Counted from the first letter of the stretch, positions 26,216 to 36,219 are shown. The stretch: DNA of 40,369 nt from a virus (IMGVR_UViG_3300027804_000103:1-40369); one strand, 5' to 3'. Program-made: numbers and translations. Notes: generated by a model not told the origin, from the sequence alone.

Positions 26216-28183
26216 ATGGCAACCCTTGACCTTGGAAAAATTAAGTTCACGTGGAGAAATACCTACTCAGGTGCCACGGCCTACGAAAAAGACGACGTTG
26301 TCAAGTACAACGAGAGCGTCTACATTTGTAAACTAGCATCGACTGGCAACCTGCCTACCAATACTACGTATTGGGACCTGATGATGCAGGGTATCAATAT
26401 CTTGACTACCCTTGGCGACATCGTCACGCACGACGGCACAAGCCCAATTCGCTTTGGCATTGGACCTAACGGCCAAGTTCTCACAGCAACAGCAACTGGT
26501 GTTGCTTGGCGAGCACAGTCAGGTTTCCAAGGCAACAGTATCTACGTCAACAACACGCGTCCTTGGATTGCAGGTCCTAATCTAGTAGGTACTGGCAACG
26601 AACCATGGCTCGGTGACCCTGCTGGCACTAACTTGCGCATTGCTTCAGGCATGCCTAATCCTCGTTTAGGACCTCGTCAGTTCTCTCGTGGCGGTCGTAC
26701 TAAGTATGAGGTCAGCAATTTCTTGAACGATAAGTTTGAGTACGTTGCTCGCGGTACAGTTGAATACGGTTTGGTTGGTAAGTATGCGCACTCGCATAAC
26801 CACCATAACCTGACGTCTGTGATGGCATTCAGTGGCGAATACGGCTTGATGCGAGCAGGCGACCACTTTGTGCAGATTCATCACTGCAACGGTTCTGGCG
26901 CCATGATGGCGCTGACCAAGGATGGCGACCTGTTCTTTATGGGTTACAACAACCAGGGTCTTGCAGGCGCAGGACACACCACTGACGTGTACGCTTGGAC
27001 CAAGGTTCCTTACTTAGGCCCTGATGCTTCTGTTGGTGGGCTATCTTGCAAGATCATTGGCTTAACTACGGCCAATGAACTGAACGGCGGCGAAGCAGAT
27101 GCCTCAACCATCTATGCTATTGACAGCAGCTATCGTTTGTGGTCATGGGGCCATAACGGTAACGGTGAATGCGGTATTGGTAACACAACCTCACCTCAGA
27201 CTACTCCTCAACTAGTCTCGGCTCTACCAAACGTGCGTATGATTCACGCACGTCCTCGCGGCGTTATGGCGGTCAACAACCTTGGTCAACTGTACACTTG
27301 GGGTTGGAACGCTCAAGGTCAATTGGGTACCGGTAACACAACCGCTTACACATCTCCTCAGTTGATCTCTGGAGCCACCAGCGTGTACGACATTGAAACC
27401 CACGTCGGTTCTTACTACTCAGGTGGTTGGAACTACTACGGCACCATGTACTACATGAAGAACAACGGCGAGTTGTATGGTTCGGGTTACAACAGCAACG
27501 GTAACCTTGGTAACGGCAACACGACTAACCAGTCTGCTTTCGTGCGTTGTGGTACTTCTCAAACTTTCAGTGAGTTCCACCTAAACGGCGTCTCTGAAAT
27601 GAAAGTCGTTGCAGCCATCGGTGGTGTTCCTGGAACGCCAAACGGGCAACTTTGGTTCTGGGGTTACAACGGCAACAGTCAATTTGGCGACGGCACGACT
27701 ACGTCTACTAGTACGCCTACTCGTCCAGGGGTTATTTGCGACACGACTCGTAATCGCAACTTTACGTATATTGCTGGTGTGGTGTCTAACAGTGATCGTG
27801 TCTTCCCAAGAGACAACATTGTCAAGATTATCCCGTACACTTACAGTGAAGCAGGGACCGGGTTCCACGTAATCGACAACTTGGGCCGAGTCTTCCACAC
27901 GGGATATGGCGTAAACTTTGGCAGTTACCGCAGTGACAATACAACCATTGCTTACTCTCGCCCAATCTTGCTGCCAGGACCTTGGTCCTCTGAAGACGGC
28001 CACGCTACCTTGGCTGATGTCACGATTGTTGGCCACAGACAAGCGGCTTACCCGTATTCCCCTGGTTTCTGCCAGCAGCTGCTTCTCTCTGACGGCCGTG
28101 TCTTGATGATGAGCTCTAACGGTGAGGCTGAGTTCTCAAGTGATACTGGCTTTAACGGCCGTTACATGGTTATGAACCCATAA
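26216..28183 (+). CDS. RCC1-repeat beta-propeller tail / receptor-binding protein
   Basis: Repeats LWSWGHNGNGECGIG, LYTWGWNAQGQLGTG, LYGSGYNSNGNLGNG, LWFWGYNGNSQFGDG; N-terminal LGKIKFTW...YEKDDVV module. Confidence 0.8.
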   Translation: MATLDLGKIKFTWRNTYSGATAYEKDDVVKYNESVYICKLASTGNLPTNTTYWDLMMQGINILTTLGDIVTHDGTSPIRFGIGPNGQVLTATATGVAWRAQSGFQGNSIYVNNTRPWIAGPNLVGTGNEPWLGDPAGTNLRIASGMPNPRLGPRQFSRGGRTKYEVSNFLNDKFEYVARGTVEYGLVGKYAHSHNHHNLTSVMAFSGEYGLMRAGDHFVQIHHCNGSGAMMALTKDGDLFFMGYNNQGLAGAGHTTDVYAWTKVPYLGPDASVGGLSCKIIGLTTANELNGGEADASTIYAIDSSYRLWSWGHNGNGECGIGNTTSPQTTPQLVSALPNVRMIHARPRGVMAVNNLGQLYTWGWNAQGQLGTGNTTAYTSPQLISGATSVYDIETHVGSYYSGGWNYYGTMYYMKNNGELYGSGYNSNGNLGNGNTTNQSAFVRCGTSQTFSEFHLNGVSEMKVVAAIGGVPGTPNGQLWFWGYNGNSQFGDGTTTSTSTPTRPGVICDTTRNRNFTYIAGVVSNSDRVFPRDNIVKIIPYTYSEAGTGFHVIDNLGRVFHTGYGVNFGSYRSDNTTIAYSRPILLPGPWSSEDGHATLADVTIVGHRQAAYPYSPGFCQQLLLSDGRVLMMSSNGEAEFSSDTGFNGRYMVMNP

Positions 28184-28193
28184 GGAGAAGAAG

Positions 28194-28559
28194 ATGAAAC
28201 TATATACGTTTGTTGGTCAGTATACACACCCCCAGTCTGGGTTTGGAACTGCCCCTGTTTGGCACGGCACTAAGGACGACGTCACCTATGCCTCAATGAC
28301 TGATGAGTGTTTGGCTAGCTTTAATGCTGCGCAAGATGCTCAATGGACCTTGGGCACCGATGCTGACGTTGGCATTGCTCAAGCCATCAGTCCAAAGGTT
28401 GCAGCTATCAAGGCTAGCATTCCTAGAACTATTCGGGCTAAGTACACGATTGACGACGAGTTGCAAGCCAACCGTCTGCGTGACCCCGCGGTTCTTGATG
28501 ACATTGCTGCTATGGTGGCCGTCAAGATGTCTGAAATCGACGAGTTGTTCGGAGCATAG
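28194..28559 (+). CDS. Hypothetical protein, possible fibre assembly chaperone
   Basis: SD AAGGAG; IRAKYTIDDE motif; follows the fibre gene. Confidence 0.6.
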   Translation: MKLYTFVGQYTHPQSGFGTAPVWHGTKDDVTYASMTDECLASFNAAQDAQWTLGTDADVGIAQAISPKVAAIKASIPRTIRAKYTIDDELQANRLRDPAVLDDIAAMVAVKMSEIDELFGA

Positions 28560-28560
28560 T

Positions 28561-28770
28561 ATGGTTACTGCGGTTGATGTTCAGGCACAGCTAAACACGC
28601 ACGAAGAAGTGTGTGCGATGCGCTATGAGAAAATAGAAGTGCAGTTTGCCGCAACTAATGCGCGGTTGAAGCGCATTGAAAGCATCATGGTAGCTACGGC
28701 AGGGGCCTTGATCATTGGCGCATTTGGCGCCTTGTTCACCCTGATGTTGTTGTTGCAAAAGATGAATTGA
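28561..28770 (+). CDS. Small coiled-coil protein with C-terminal TM helix (69 aa)
   Basis: HEEVCAMRY..I...LKRIE followed by a hydrophobic helix; SD GGAG. Confidence 0.7.
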   Translation: MVTAVDVQAQLNTHEEVCAMRYEKIEVQFAATNARLKRIESIMVATAGALIIGAFGALFTLMLLLQKMN

Positions 28771-28771
28771 C

Positions 28772-29299
28772 ATGATAGAAGTCGCCGCAGCTTATGCTAC
28801 AGCTCAGGCTGCGGTGGCTGGGGTCAAAGCAGCAGTAGCCCTGTATAAGGACGCAAAGGCTGTTGGCAAGGACGTTAGTAGTATCCTTGGCGAGATCGGT
28901 TCTGGACTCAACAACTTCTTCTCTGCCCAGGAAGAAGTAATCAGGGGTGCTCAGCAGACAAGCATAAACCCGATCAAGCAGAAGTCCCTGGACGCGCAGG
29001 CCCTTGACAACGTCATGCGCATCAGGCAGCTGCAACAGTATGAGCAAGAGCTAAAGGAACTACTGATATACCACACGCCGATCCCTGGTTTGTGGGACGA
29101 CTTCCAAGCCGAACGCAGACGCTTGCGTGAGGTCAAGAAGGAAGAAGAACTAGCTGAAGCTAGAAGAATTGCTCGGGCTAAGCGGCTCAAGGCTGAATTC
29201 AACGACAACGTGAAGTTTTACGGTGCTATTATCGGTTCAGTCATGTTTGGTATTTGGGTAATGACTGAGGTCTTCATCTGGATCTCGAACAACAAATAG
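28772..29299 (+). CDS. Hypothetical membrane-anchored coiled-coil protein
   Basis: C-terminal TM segment; in the lysis region. Confidence 0.7.
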   Translation: MIEVAAAYATAQAAVAGVKAAVALYKDAKAVGKDVSSILGEIGSGLNNFFSAQEEVIRGAQQTSINPIKQKSLDAQALDNVMRIRQLQQYEQELKELLIYHTPIPGLWDDFQAERRRLREVKKEEELAEARRIARAKRLKAEFNDNVKFYGAIIGSVMFGIWVMTEVFIWISNNK

Positions 29300-29308
29300 G
29301 AGAAACAC

Positions 29309-29830
29309 ATGATTCCAATCGTTGGTGCGCTGTTAGGCACGCTTGCTGAAAGCGGCTTGAACCTCTTGTCTAGTGCCATTCAAGCCAAAGGCAAAGAGGT
29401 TGTTGAGAATACTCTGGGCGTCAAGATTCCAGACAACCCTACTCCTGCCGACGTTGAAAAACTACGGCAGATGCAGTACGACCACGAGGAAAAACTTATC
29501 GAGCTTGGCATTAGGAAAGCCGAGCTAGAGCAGAAAGAACTTGAGGCCTTGCTAGCTGCACAAGCCAATCAAGAAAACAACGTGAGTGATCGCTGGAAAG
29601 CAGATATGTCCAGTGACTCATGGATGTCTAAGAATATCCGCCCAATGACCTTGGTCTATTTGCTGAGTGCTTACACGATGTTTGCGCTGCTAGACGGAAG
29701 CGGCTACAGAATTGCCGAGGCATACGTCACGTTGCTTGGTCAGTGGGGAATGCTAGTTATGACCGCGTACTTTGGTGGACGTACCGTTGAGAAAGTCATG
29801 GAGCTACGGACTAAGGGGAAAGAACAATGA
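29309..29830 (+). CDS. Holin (3TM/GTA-type holin-like)
   Basis: RWKADM.SDSW.SKNIRP..L...AYFGGR..EK signature; adjacent to the endolysin. Confidence 0.75.
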   Translation: MIPIVGALLGTLAESGLNLLSSAIQAKGKEVVENTLGVKIPDNPTPADVEKLRQMQYDHEEKLIELGIRKAELEQKELEALLAAQANQENNVSDRWKADMSSDSWMSKNIRPMTLVYLLSAYTMFALLDGSGYRIAEAYVTLLGQWGMLVMTAYFGGRTVEKVMELRTKGKEQ

Positions 29831-30168
29831 GCCTTTCACAAGAACAAGCCGCGTTCCTCCTGGACGCTTGCAAGTTGATTCAGTATGCTACTGAGCAGGG
29901 TTTCATGGTGACTGGTGGTGAACTTGCCCGTACCCCTGAACAGCAAGCTATCTACGTCAAAACAGGACGCAGCAAGACGATGAACTCAAACCATCTGAAG
30001 CGCTGCGCCATTGACCTGAACTTCTTTAAAGACGGCAAGCTTATCTACGACGTTGAAGTACTCAGAGCGGTTGGCGAGTACTGGCAGTCCCTGAATCCTA
30101 AAAACAGCTGGGGCGGTTTCTGGAAATCGTTCAAGGACGTACCGCACTTTGAACGTCGTACTAGCTAA
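29827..30168 (+). CDS. Endolysin, peptidase M15 family
   Basis: RTPEQQ, SNHLKRCAID (SxH..D), WGG.W..F.D.PHFE. Confidence 0.88.
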   Translation: MSLSQEQAAFLLDACKLIQYATEQGFMVTGGELARTPEQQAIYVKTGRSKTMNSNHLKRCAIDLNFFKDGKLIYDVEVLRAVGEYWQSLNPKNSWGGFWKSFKDVPHFERRTS

Positions 30169-31609
30169 GCCAAGAAGTGATGTCTTCACCAAGGACCTGG
30201 GCAGCAATGTTTTTCTTTGCTCTCAGGGCCTTGATGATCTTCTCGTCTATAGTCTTCGGCACGCACAAGTCAACGTAGTTCACTGACTTGGTTTGACCGA
30301 TACGATGAGCACGATCCTCAGACTGCAGCCTGTGTTCCAGGTTGTAACTGTTCGAGTAGTACACAACCATCGTGGCAGCAGTCAGGGTAATACCGTAACC
30401 ACCTGTTGATGGGTTGCCCACAAAGAACCGAGTACCAGGATCGTCTTGAAACCGTTTGACTGCCTCAGACCGTTCGTCAGTTGTCGTGTCTCCATAGTAG
30501 CTAACGATGCTCTCTGGTCCATAGACATCTTTGATTTTCTCCGTGATCTTCAAGATGTCTGCCCGGTATGTAGCCCAGATAATGACCTTGTCATCAGCCT
30601 CTTCGAGCACGTCCATGAGTTCCGTCAATCGATTGTTGGGGACCTCGATCAGGTCGCCATCATCAGACTTGAAGTGGCCACAAGTGATCTGGTGAAGTCG
30701 CAGAATTTCTGTGAGCACATTGTCAATTGTCAGTGCTTTCCCTTGCAAGAGAGCGATGGCCGAATCGGAGAGTTGTTTGTAAAGCTGCTTCTGTTCCTTG
30801 GTAAGCTCGACATGCCGATACTGATAGATCTTGGCGGGCAAATCAAGACAGTCGGCCTTTTTAACTCGATACGAGAAAGCCTGCAGTAGCTTCGTCAACT
30901 CATCTAGCCGCTGGAAACCAACGATCTTCTTGAACGTGCGGTTACCTGACTTAGCATCGATCATCACGGCATACCGACTGCGGAACGTGTAGTAACTACT
31001 GAAGCCTAGCAAGTGCGGGTTCAAGAACTGAGCTTGACTGTAGATGTCTAGTGGACTACGAGTCACTGGCTCACCGGTTAGGATGCGGCGATAGTGCGCC
31101 CTGGTTCCTACCTTGATCACGTTCTTCGTGCGCTGAGCTCCTGGGTTCTTGATTGTCGTTGACTCGTCGACGATCATGGCCACGCGGCCACCGATGTCTG
31201 TGAAGAGCTGCGCGAACTTAGTGCCTCGGTCCGTGGAGAAGGCTTCAACGTTCATTACCAGAATCCGCAAGTCGTCACTAGGCTTCATGATCTCATCAAG
31301 AGCCTCTTGTTCCGCCTTCCTTGGACTGGCGTGCCAGCTAGCAATCTTGTGCTGGATGTGGTCAGGCAAGTGAGTCGGAATTTCCTTGATAACCCAGTTC
31401 ATGTAGACACCCTTGGGAGCTACGATCAGAGCAGAATTGATCCGACCTGAATCATAGAGGTACGCCAAAGAGTCGATTGCTACCTTTGTCTTGCCTGTTC
31501 CCATCTCCATGAACAGAGCGAATTCGTCTTTTTCCTTTGACATGTCCCAGGCTTTGGCTTGATGAGCGTAGGGTTGTGTCTTAAAGGGGTAAGTGTTAGT
31601 ATGGTCCAT
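30161..31609 (-). CDS. SNF2-like SF2 helicase
   Basis: MEMGTGKT, IVDES, LTGEP, GGYGITLT, QSEDRAHRIGQ. Confidence 0.92.
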   Translation of the reverse strand: MDHTNTYPFKTQPYAHQAKAWDMSKEKDEFALFMEMGTGKTKVAIDSLAYLYDSGRINSALIVAPKGVYMNWVIKEIPTHLPDHIQHKIASWHASPRKAEQEALDEIMKPSDDLRILVMNVEAFSTDRGTKFAQLFTDIGGRVAMIVDESTTIKNPGAQRTKNVIKVGTRAHYRRILTGEPVTRSPLDIYSQAQFLNPHLLGFSSYYTFRSRYAVMIDAKSGNRTFKKIVGFQRLDELTKLLQAFSYRVKKADCLDLPAKIYQYRHVELTKEQKQLYKQLSDSAIALLQGKALTIDNVLTEILRLHQITCGHFKSDDGDLIEVPNNRLTELMDVLEEADDKVIIWATYRADILKITEKIKDVYGPESIVSYYGDTTTDERSEAVKRFQDDPGTRFFVGNPSTGGYGITLTAATMVVYYSNSYNLEHRLQSEDRAHRIGQTKSVNYVDLCVPKTIDEKIIKALRAKKNIAAQVLGEDITSWLS

Positions 31610-31639
31610 ATTTTTTCCCGTTCTCTAGGATAATCCTAG

Positions 31640-33100
31640 TCATCCGATCTCGTAGTAAAGACTGGTTTGCGGCTGGATCAGGTGCAGATTCTGCCTAGCC
31701 CGAGTCATTCCTACGTAAAACACCCGAGCTTCATCGTCCGGGTACTGCTGCATGTACTTGTACGACCTTGACGCCATGTCTGTCAGCATCAAGACGTTGT
31801 CGGCTTCACCGCCTTTGACGGCGTGAATGGTGTTGATCTTGATCCTGGGTTCGCCAATGAGCGTCTCACCTTGTCGTCTGGCTGCGATGTAGAACTCGCG
31901 CTCAGCAGCCGGAATGTGAGTGAGCTTCTCGTGCCAGATCCCTGGTTCAAGACCTGTGTCTTGCAGTACGTATATCCTTTCTTTATCGGTTCGTTTGCGT
32001 ATGCCCATGAACCGATAGACCAATCTTAAACTGTCGCCATTGACTGACTCACCGCGACAAAGTCTTGTCCACGCAATTATCGCCTTGAGACTGTCTGAAT
32101 CAAGCGGGTTCTTCTTCATCGACTGAAACGGATAACCTGACTTCAAGCAGATCTCTTCTAGTTCCTTAGTCAGGTAGCTGTTTCTGGCGAGCAAGAGCCA
32201 GGTACCTTTGCTGATGTCCACTTCTTCTGGGGTAAAGTGCCAGTGAACTCCACCATCAACTTCACTTGGTCTGAACCGTTTAGTGACACGGTTCGATACG
32301 CTTGAGATGACTTGAGTCGCAAGTTTGTGCACTGCTCTTGGTACACGGTACGATTGATCGAGGACAATACGCTTTCCAGGTAAATGAATAAGTCTGTCGA
32401 CGTCTGCGCCGGCCCATCGATAGATAGCCTGATCGTCGTCTCCTGCGATGAATCGGTCATGTACATTCTCCGTTAGTTTTTCTACGACGTCCCACTGCAA
32501 AGCAGATAAGTCCTGTGCCTCGTCAACAAAGACGGCATCGAGCTTTGGTACCACGCCACTATGCAGCCAGGTTTCAAGTAAGTCAGTGAAGTCCTGTAAC
32601 CCGTGAACCTTCTTGTACTGGATCAAGGTCCGTGAAACACGGTCAAGCTCGTGCCAGTCAATGTCGTCGTCACCACACTCTTCGCAGATCTTCTTCAGTG
32701 GCTGCCTTGTAATCCTGGCTAGGTTGTCAAGGAAGAAGTAGCGGTCGCCTAATGGCATGCCTTGCAGCAGACCGTCTTCCGTGTTGCCGTAACCACTGAC
32801 CTCGATCCCGAGCTTTTCGCCAAGCTCTCTATAATTTGGACGTTGCATCATGGCTGTTGGCTTCATACCTAACTGGCGAAAGGCTAAACTATGGATGGTC
32901 CGGAAGAAAGGCATGTCGTCTTTGGTAAACCCAAAGCGATCCGCTGCCCTGCTCCGTGCTTCATTCGCCGCCTTTTTGGTAAAGGCAATGTAGCCAATAC
33001 GCTCTGGCTTCATCCCCTTCTCCAAACGCTCTTCAATGAACCGCATGCCTGCAGTAGTCTTGCCTGTCCCTGGAGGCCCAAAGATGATGGTCCACGTCAA
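31640..33100 (-). CDS. UvrD/Rep-like SF1 helicase
   Basis: GPPGTGKT, RTIHS, VDEAQD, GDDDQAIY, QSYR, TIHAVKGGE, YVGMTRA. Confidence 0.92.
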   Translation of the reverse strand: MTWTIIFGPPGTGKTTAGMRFIEERLEKGMKPERIGYIAFTKKAANEARSRAADRFGFTKDDMPFFRTIHSLAFRQLGMKPTAMMQRPNYRELGEKLGIEVSGYGNTEDGLLQGMPLGDRYFFLDNLARITRQPLKKICEECGDDDIDWHELDRVSRTLIQYKKVHGLQDFTDLLETWLHSGVVPKLDAVFVDEAQDLSALQWDVVEKLTENVHDRFIAGDDDQAIYRWAGADVDRLIHLPGKRIVLDQSYRVPRAVHKLATQVISSVSNRVTKRFRPSEVDGGVHWHFTPEEVDISKGTWLLLARNSYLTKELEEICLKSGYPFQSMKKNPLDSDSLKAIIAWTRLCRGESVNGDSLRLVYRFMGIRKRTDKERIYVLQDTGLEPGIWHEKLTHIPAAEREFYIAARRQGETLIGEPRIKINTIHAVKGGEADNVLMLTDMASRSYKYMQQYPDDEARVFYVGMTRARQNLHLIQPQTSLYYEIG

Positions 33101-34584
33101 AAGATTTCTCCGCTCTCGCCTACGTCTGGAGTATCAAAATCGCCTTGATGCTTCTCAAACTCGTTGACCGCCCACAAGTTAATGCCCTTGCCCTTGATGT
33201 TGAAGAAGTGGTGCTCAGCACCGTTCTCACGCAAGATCGAAGTAACCTGGTGTACCTTGTAATCCCTGAAGTGGTGACGATCTAAGAACGCCATCAAGTC
33301 TGCCATCCTGAAATAGTGCTTCATACCGTCAGACCAGGGTTTACCAAGCAAGATCTCTTCCTTAGCCTTGGCTTGCACTCGTCCCGTGCAGAAGCGCTCG
33401 ATGTACTCGAACAACTGACCAACTGGAGAAGCATCAGGTGGTGCCTCGATGACTGTCAGGTTCTCAAGCAAGTGGTTGATGAGCTTGGTCCATGCAATGT
33501 CGTTCATCTTGGCAGGCAGCACGTTCAAGCGCTCCATGCACTTGCGTTGGAAGCGACGTTGATTGTGTAGATCGTCTGTCTCTAATTCCAGCCGACCACC
33601 ACCGTCAATATCCAAGAACCAAATGGGAGGGTTAGTATCAAACTTTGTGAGGCTGTGAACAGCAGGCATATCGCTACTAGCCCCAATACCAAACTTACGA
33701 AGCTTGCACACAGCAGCATTACAGTAAGGAGCAATAGGAGGCTTACTACAAGTGTATTGATAGTCTTTTCTCTTCGCAGATTTAATGACCCCTTGTACTT
33801 CGGAGGAGGATAGAGGTGGTTCCATAAGCTGAACGTTAAATCCTTCCAGATCCCCTTCCCAATTGTCGGGATTCTTTTTACGGCAGTAAACAGCGATGTT
33901 AAATAGTCCATTGTTGCGAGTCCCCTGTGGAAAACCTTTTGTTGCAAGATGCTGCAGGCAAGGTGGACCGTCTTCAAAGTCAGACTTGACAGTGATGACT
34001 AGGTCTTCTAGTTGCTTAGCAGTAAAGCGGTTGGCCATAACCTTTTCAATGAAGGCTTCTGGCTTCATACCTTGGCACCAACGTGTGTCGCCAAAATAAG
34101 GCATGTTGATCCATTGACCAATGTCCCCACGATCCGCGAGGATTTTGGTTTGCTTCGGAAAAATTTCGCAGCCACCGTAACCCATGTAGGCTGCGAGGTC
34201 TTTTAGTTTCTGCTGAATCAAGCTAGCTTCTACCCACTCGCTTGTGAACAAGTAAAGGTGAATGCCACCTGACTTACTGGCGCAAGGGAAAAGCGGTACC
34301 TTGAGTTCTTGTATTGCTGCATTGATCTTGGGTAGGTCAATGCTGCCATCGTACGTGTCAATGTCGATGGCTCCAAACTTGCACAAGGATTCGTCGTTGA
34401 TTGGAATAACGCCAAGTCCTTGCTTACCTTCGAGGTGCTGTTGCCACAGTTCCTTGGTCACTGGCTCACGAATAGTCGTGGCTTTTCCTGTCAGCTTGTT
34501 GTCTTGACGACTACCCTTGATGACATATGTTCCATGCGCCCGTGGCAAGCCCTCGAAAATCTCCATGAAATTTTCTATGAGCAT
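33097..34584 (-). CDS. AEP-superfamily primase with PriCT-like domain
   Basis: AIDID, SKSGGIHLYLF, INMPY, PPCL...GTRNNGLF. Confidence 0.85.
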   Translation of the reverse strand: MLIENFMEIFEGLPRAHGTYVIKGSRQDNKLTGKATTIREPVTKELWQQHLEGKQGLGVIPINDESLCKFGAIDIDTYDGSIDLPKINAAIQELKVPLFPCASKSGGIHLYLFTSEWVEASLIQQKLKDLAAYMGYGGCEIFPKQTKILADRGDIGQWINMPYFGDTRWCQGMKPEAFIEKVMANRFTAKQLEDLVITVKSDFEDGPPCLQHLATKGFPQGTRNNGLFNIAVYCRKKNPDNWEGDLEGFNVQLMEPPLSSSEVQGVIKSAKRKDYQYTCSKPPIAPYCNAAVCKLRKFGIGASSDMPAVHSLTKFDTNPPIWFLDIDGGGRLELETDDLHNQRRFQRKCMERLNVLPAKMNDIAWTKLINHLLENLTVIEAPPDASPVGQLFEYIERFCTGRVQAKAKEEILLGKPWSDGMKHYFRMADLMAFLDRHHFRDYKVHQVTSILRENGAEHHFFNIKGKGINLWAVNEFEKHQGDFDTPDVGESGEIF

Positions 34585-34616
34585 AAATAAAAAACCCGGG
34601 GCTGCGAACCCCGGGC
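34585..34616 (-). terminator. Intrinsic terminator between SSB and primase
   Basis: Minus strand GCCCGGGGTT-CGC-AGCCCCGGGT followed by TTTTTATTT. Confidence 0.85.
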
Positions 34617-34623
34617 CCTTTCG

Positions 34624-35373
34624 TTAAAACGCGTTGTGGGTTTCAGTCTGATCTGCTTCAGGTGCTGCGGTCTTCACAGCTCCTGACATAACCTGCTGAG
34701 CGAAGTCACGGGCTGCTTGGTACATACCGGGTTCTGTAACAGGACCCACCATGTCGATGGTCCAACCAGACCAAGCACCTTTATCATTCTGCTCTGCCAC
34801 TGAAGCAAGCTTGTACATATGACTGAAACGTGCAGGTGTCACAGGACCCGATGGACCTTGCACCTTCAAGTTGTTCATCAAGCTATTCCAACGACGGTTC
34901 TTCTTCAGCTGCGTGCTTGACATGGTAATCAAACCAGGCTCCATCAACCCCGTATCGAGCTCAATGCGAATCACGAAGTGATAAGCAGTCTCAACAAGGA
35001 TGTTGCCTGCTGCAGTAGTTAATTTGCCGTTGATGCTCTTCGCATCTGTAACCACGGAACTAGTGATTGCATGTTGACCAACCAAACCACCACCCTGTTC
35101 ACGTGGACGCCATTCAACAAACTCACGCTTGTACGCGCAAGGAATTACCACGATGTCTTTAAAGACTTCCTCAGTAACTGTGTTGAAGATCATGCCAGCC
35201 TTTGCGCTAGGCAAGGTGTCTAGTTGAGGCGACAACTTTTGCAAGATGTTGAAGAATGGAATAGCCATGTCTTGGCTAGTCATATTCTCCATGCCCATAC
35301 CAGCGTCTGCTGCAAAGTCAATCACTGCCAGGGCGCCACCCTGTTTCTTTTCGGCTACTTCGTTCTTGGCCAT
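34624..35373 (-). CDS. Putative phage single-stranded DNA-binding protein
   Basis: DAG.GMEN...D..IP...LQ.LSPQ N-terminus, MSSTQLK..R.WNS, acidic tail ending in F; replication synteny. Confidence 0.6.
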   Translation of the reverse strand: MAKNEVAEKKQGGALAVIDFAADAGMGMENMTSQDMAIPFFNILQKLSPQLDTLPSAKAGMIFNTVTEEVFKDIVVIPCAYKREFVEWRPREQGGGLVGQHAITSSVVTDAKSINGKLTTAAGNILVETAYHFVIRIELDTGLMEPGLITMSSTQLKKNRRWNSLMNNLKVQGPSGPVTPARFSHMYKLASVAEQNDKGAWSGWTIDMVGPVTEPGMYQAARDFAQQVMSGAVKTAAPEADQTETHNAF

Positions 35374-35378
35374 TTGAG

Positions 35379-35906
35379 TTATCCTTTCTTAATGGTTGCT
35401 TTCTGCCCGATGTAAACGCCTAACAGGTCGAAGGGCAAGTTCCTACCTGCTTCCACTTGCTCACGCACAAACGCTTTGAACGTCATAGCATGAACGCCGG
35501 TCTTGTCGGTGTATGAAGTACCGTGGTCTTTCAAGAAAGTCTTGAAGTCTACAGCACGCTCATCTTCACCTTTGCCAAAGCTTACAGTCACGTCGTTCTT
35601 GATCAAGTCACCATGACCATTGTCGCGCAGCCACTGCATCGCTTCTTCGTACTTCTCTTTTGGAGGGTTAGCTTGGTAGAAAGGCTTGACAGTAATCTTG
35701 CTGCCATCGACAAGCTTGAACTCGCTGATGCCGCACTCAGTCATGGCTTCAGGCAAATCCTTTTCCTGTACCTGGGACAAGGCTTCTGTCTTCTCTTTCA
35801 ACTGCGCTTCTAAATCCTCTATATCTTTCTCAAGCTGCACCTGCTTAGCGGCAAGTTCAGCTACGACTTTCAGGCTGTCGTCGCCTGGTGTGACATCAAT
35901 AGTCAT
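35379..35906 (-). CDS. Conserved replication-module protein
   Basis: Coiled N-terminus, LPEAM.E.G..EFKL.DG, WLRDNGHGDLIKN; SD GAGGAG. Confidence 0.75.
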   Translation of the reverse strand: MTIDVTPGDDSLKVVAELAAKQVQLEKDIEDLEAQLKEKTEALSQVQEKDLPEAMTECGISEFKLVDGSKITVKPFYQANPPKEKYEEAMQWLRDNGHGDLIKNDVTVSFGKGEDERAVDFKTFLKDHGTSYTDKTGVHAMTFKAFVREQVEAGRNLPFDLLGVYIGQKATIKKG

Positions 35907-36219
35907 CGCTTCTCCTCATTAGATCGAATTCAACCACGTAGTACCGCATTTCCTGGCGATCCCACTTCAAGACTTTCATGCGTCCATTGTTGAGCATCGT
36001 GGCTACGGCACCAGCTACTGCGATGGCAGCAGGATCGCCGACCATCAGTAAGTAATCTTCATCAGTGAACCGGGCTAACCCGCGCTTCAACCGAGAAACC
36101 GTGGGCGCTGCGCTGTAAGCCACGTTGCCGGGTGGCAACAAGACCTGCAGCTTGCCGTATTTCTCTGCTGGCATCAGGTTAATTCCTCGGGGTTCCTGAA
36201 CCACGTACACTGTCATCAT
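35896..36219 (-). CDS. Conserved hypothetical protein (107 aa)
   Basis: SD AGAAAGGAG before ATG 36219; VYVVQE...DYLL.VGDP...LKWDRQ...Y. Confidence 0.75.
   Translation of the reverse strand: MMTVYVVQEPRGINLMPAEKYGKLQVLLPPGNVAYSAAPTVSRLKRGLARFTDEDYLLMVGDPAAIAVAGAVATMLNNGRMKVLKWDRQEMRYYVVEFDLMRRSDDY

Noticed and set aside
26216-28183. Diversity-generating retroelement, given the BPP-1-like structural module
   Set aside because: No reverse transcriptase ORF and no template/variable repeat pair noticed
31625-31639. Small palindrome CTAGGA-TAA-TCCTAG between the helicase genes
   Set aside because: Short stem with no adjacent U-tract on the coding strand; not enough to call a terminator
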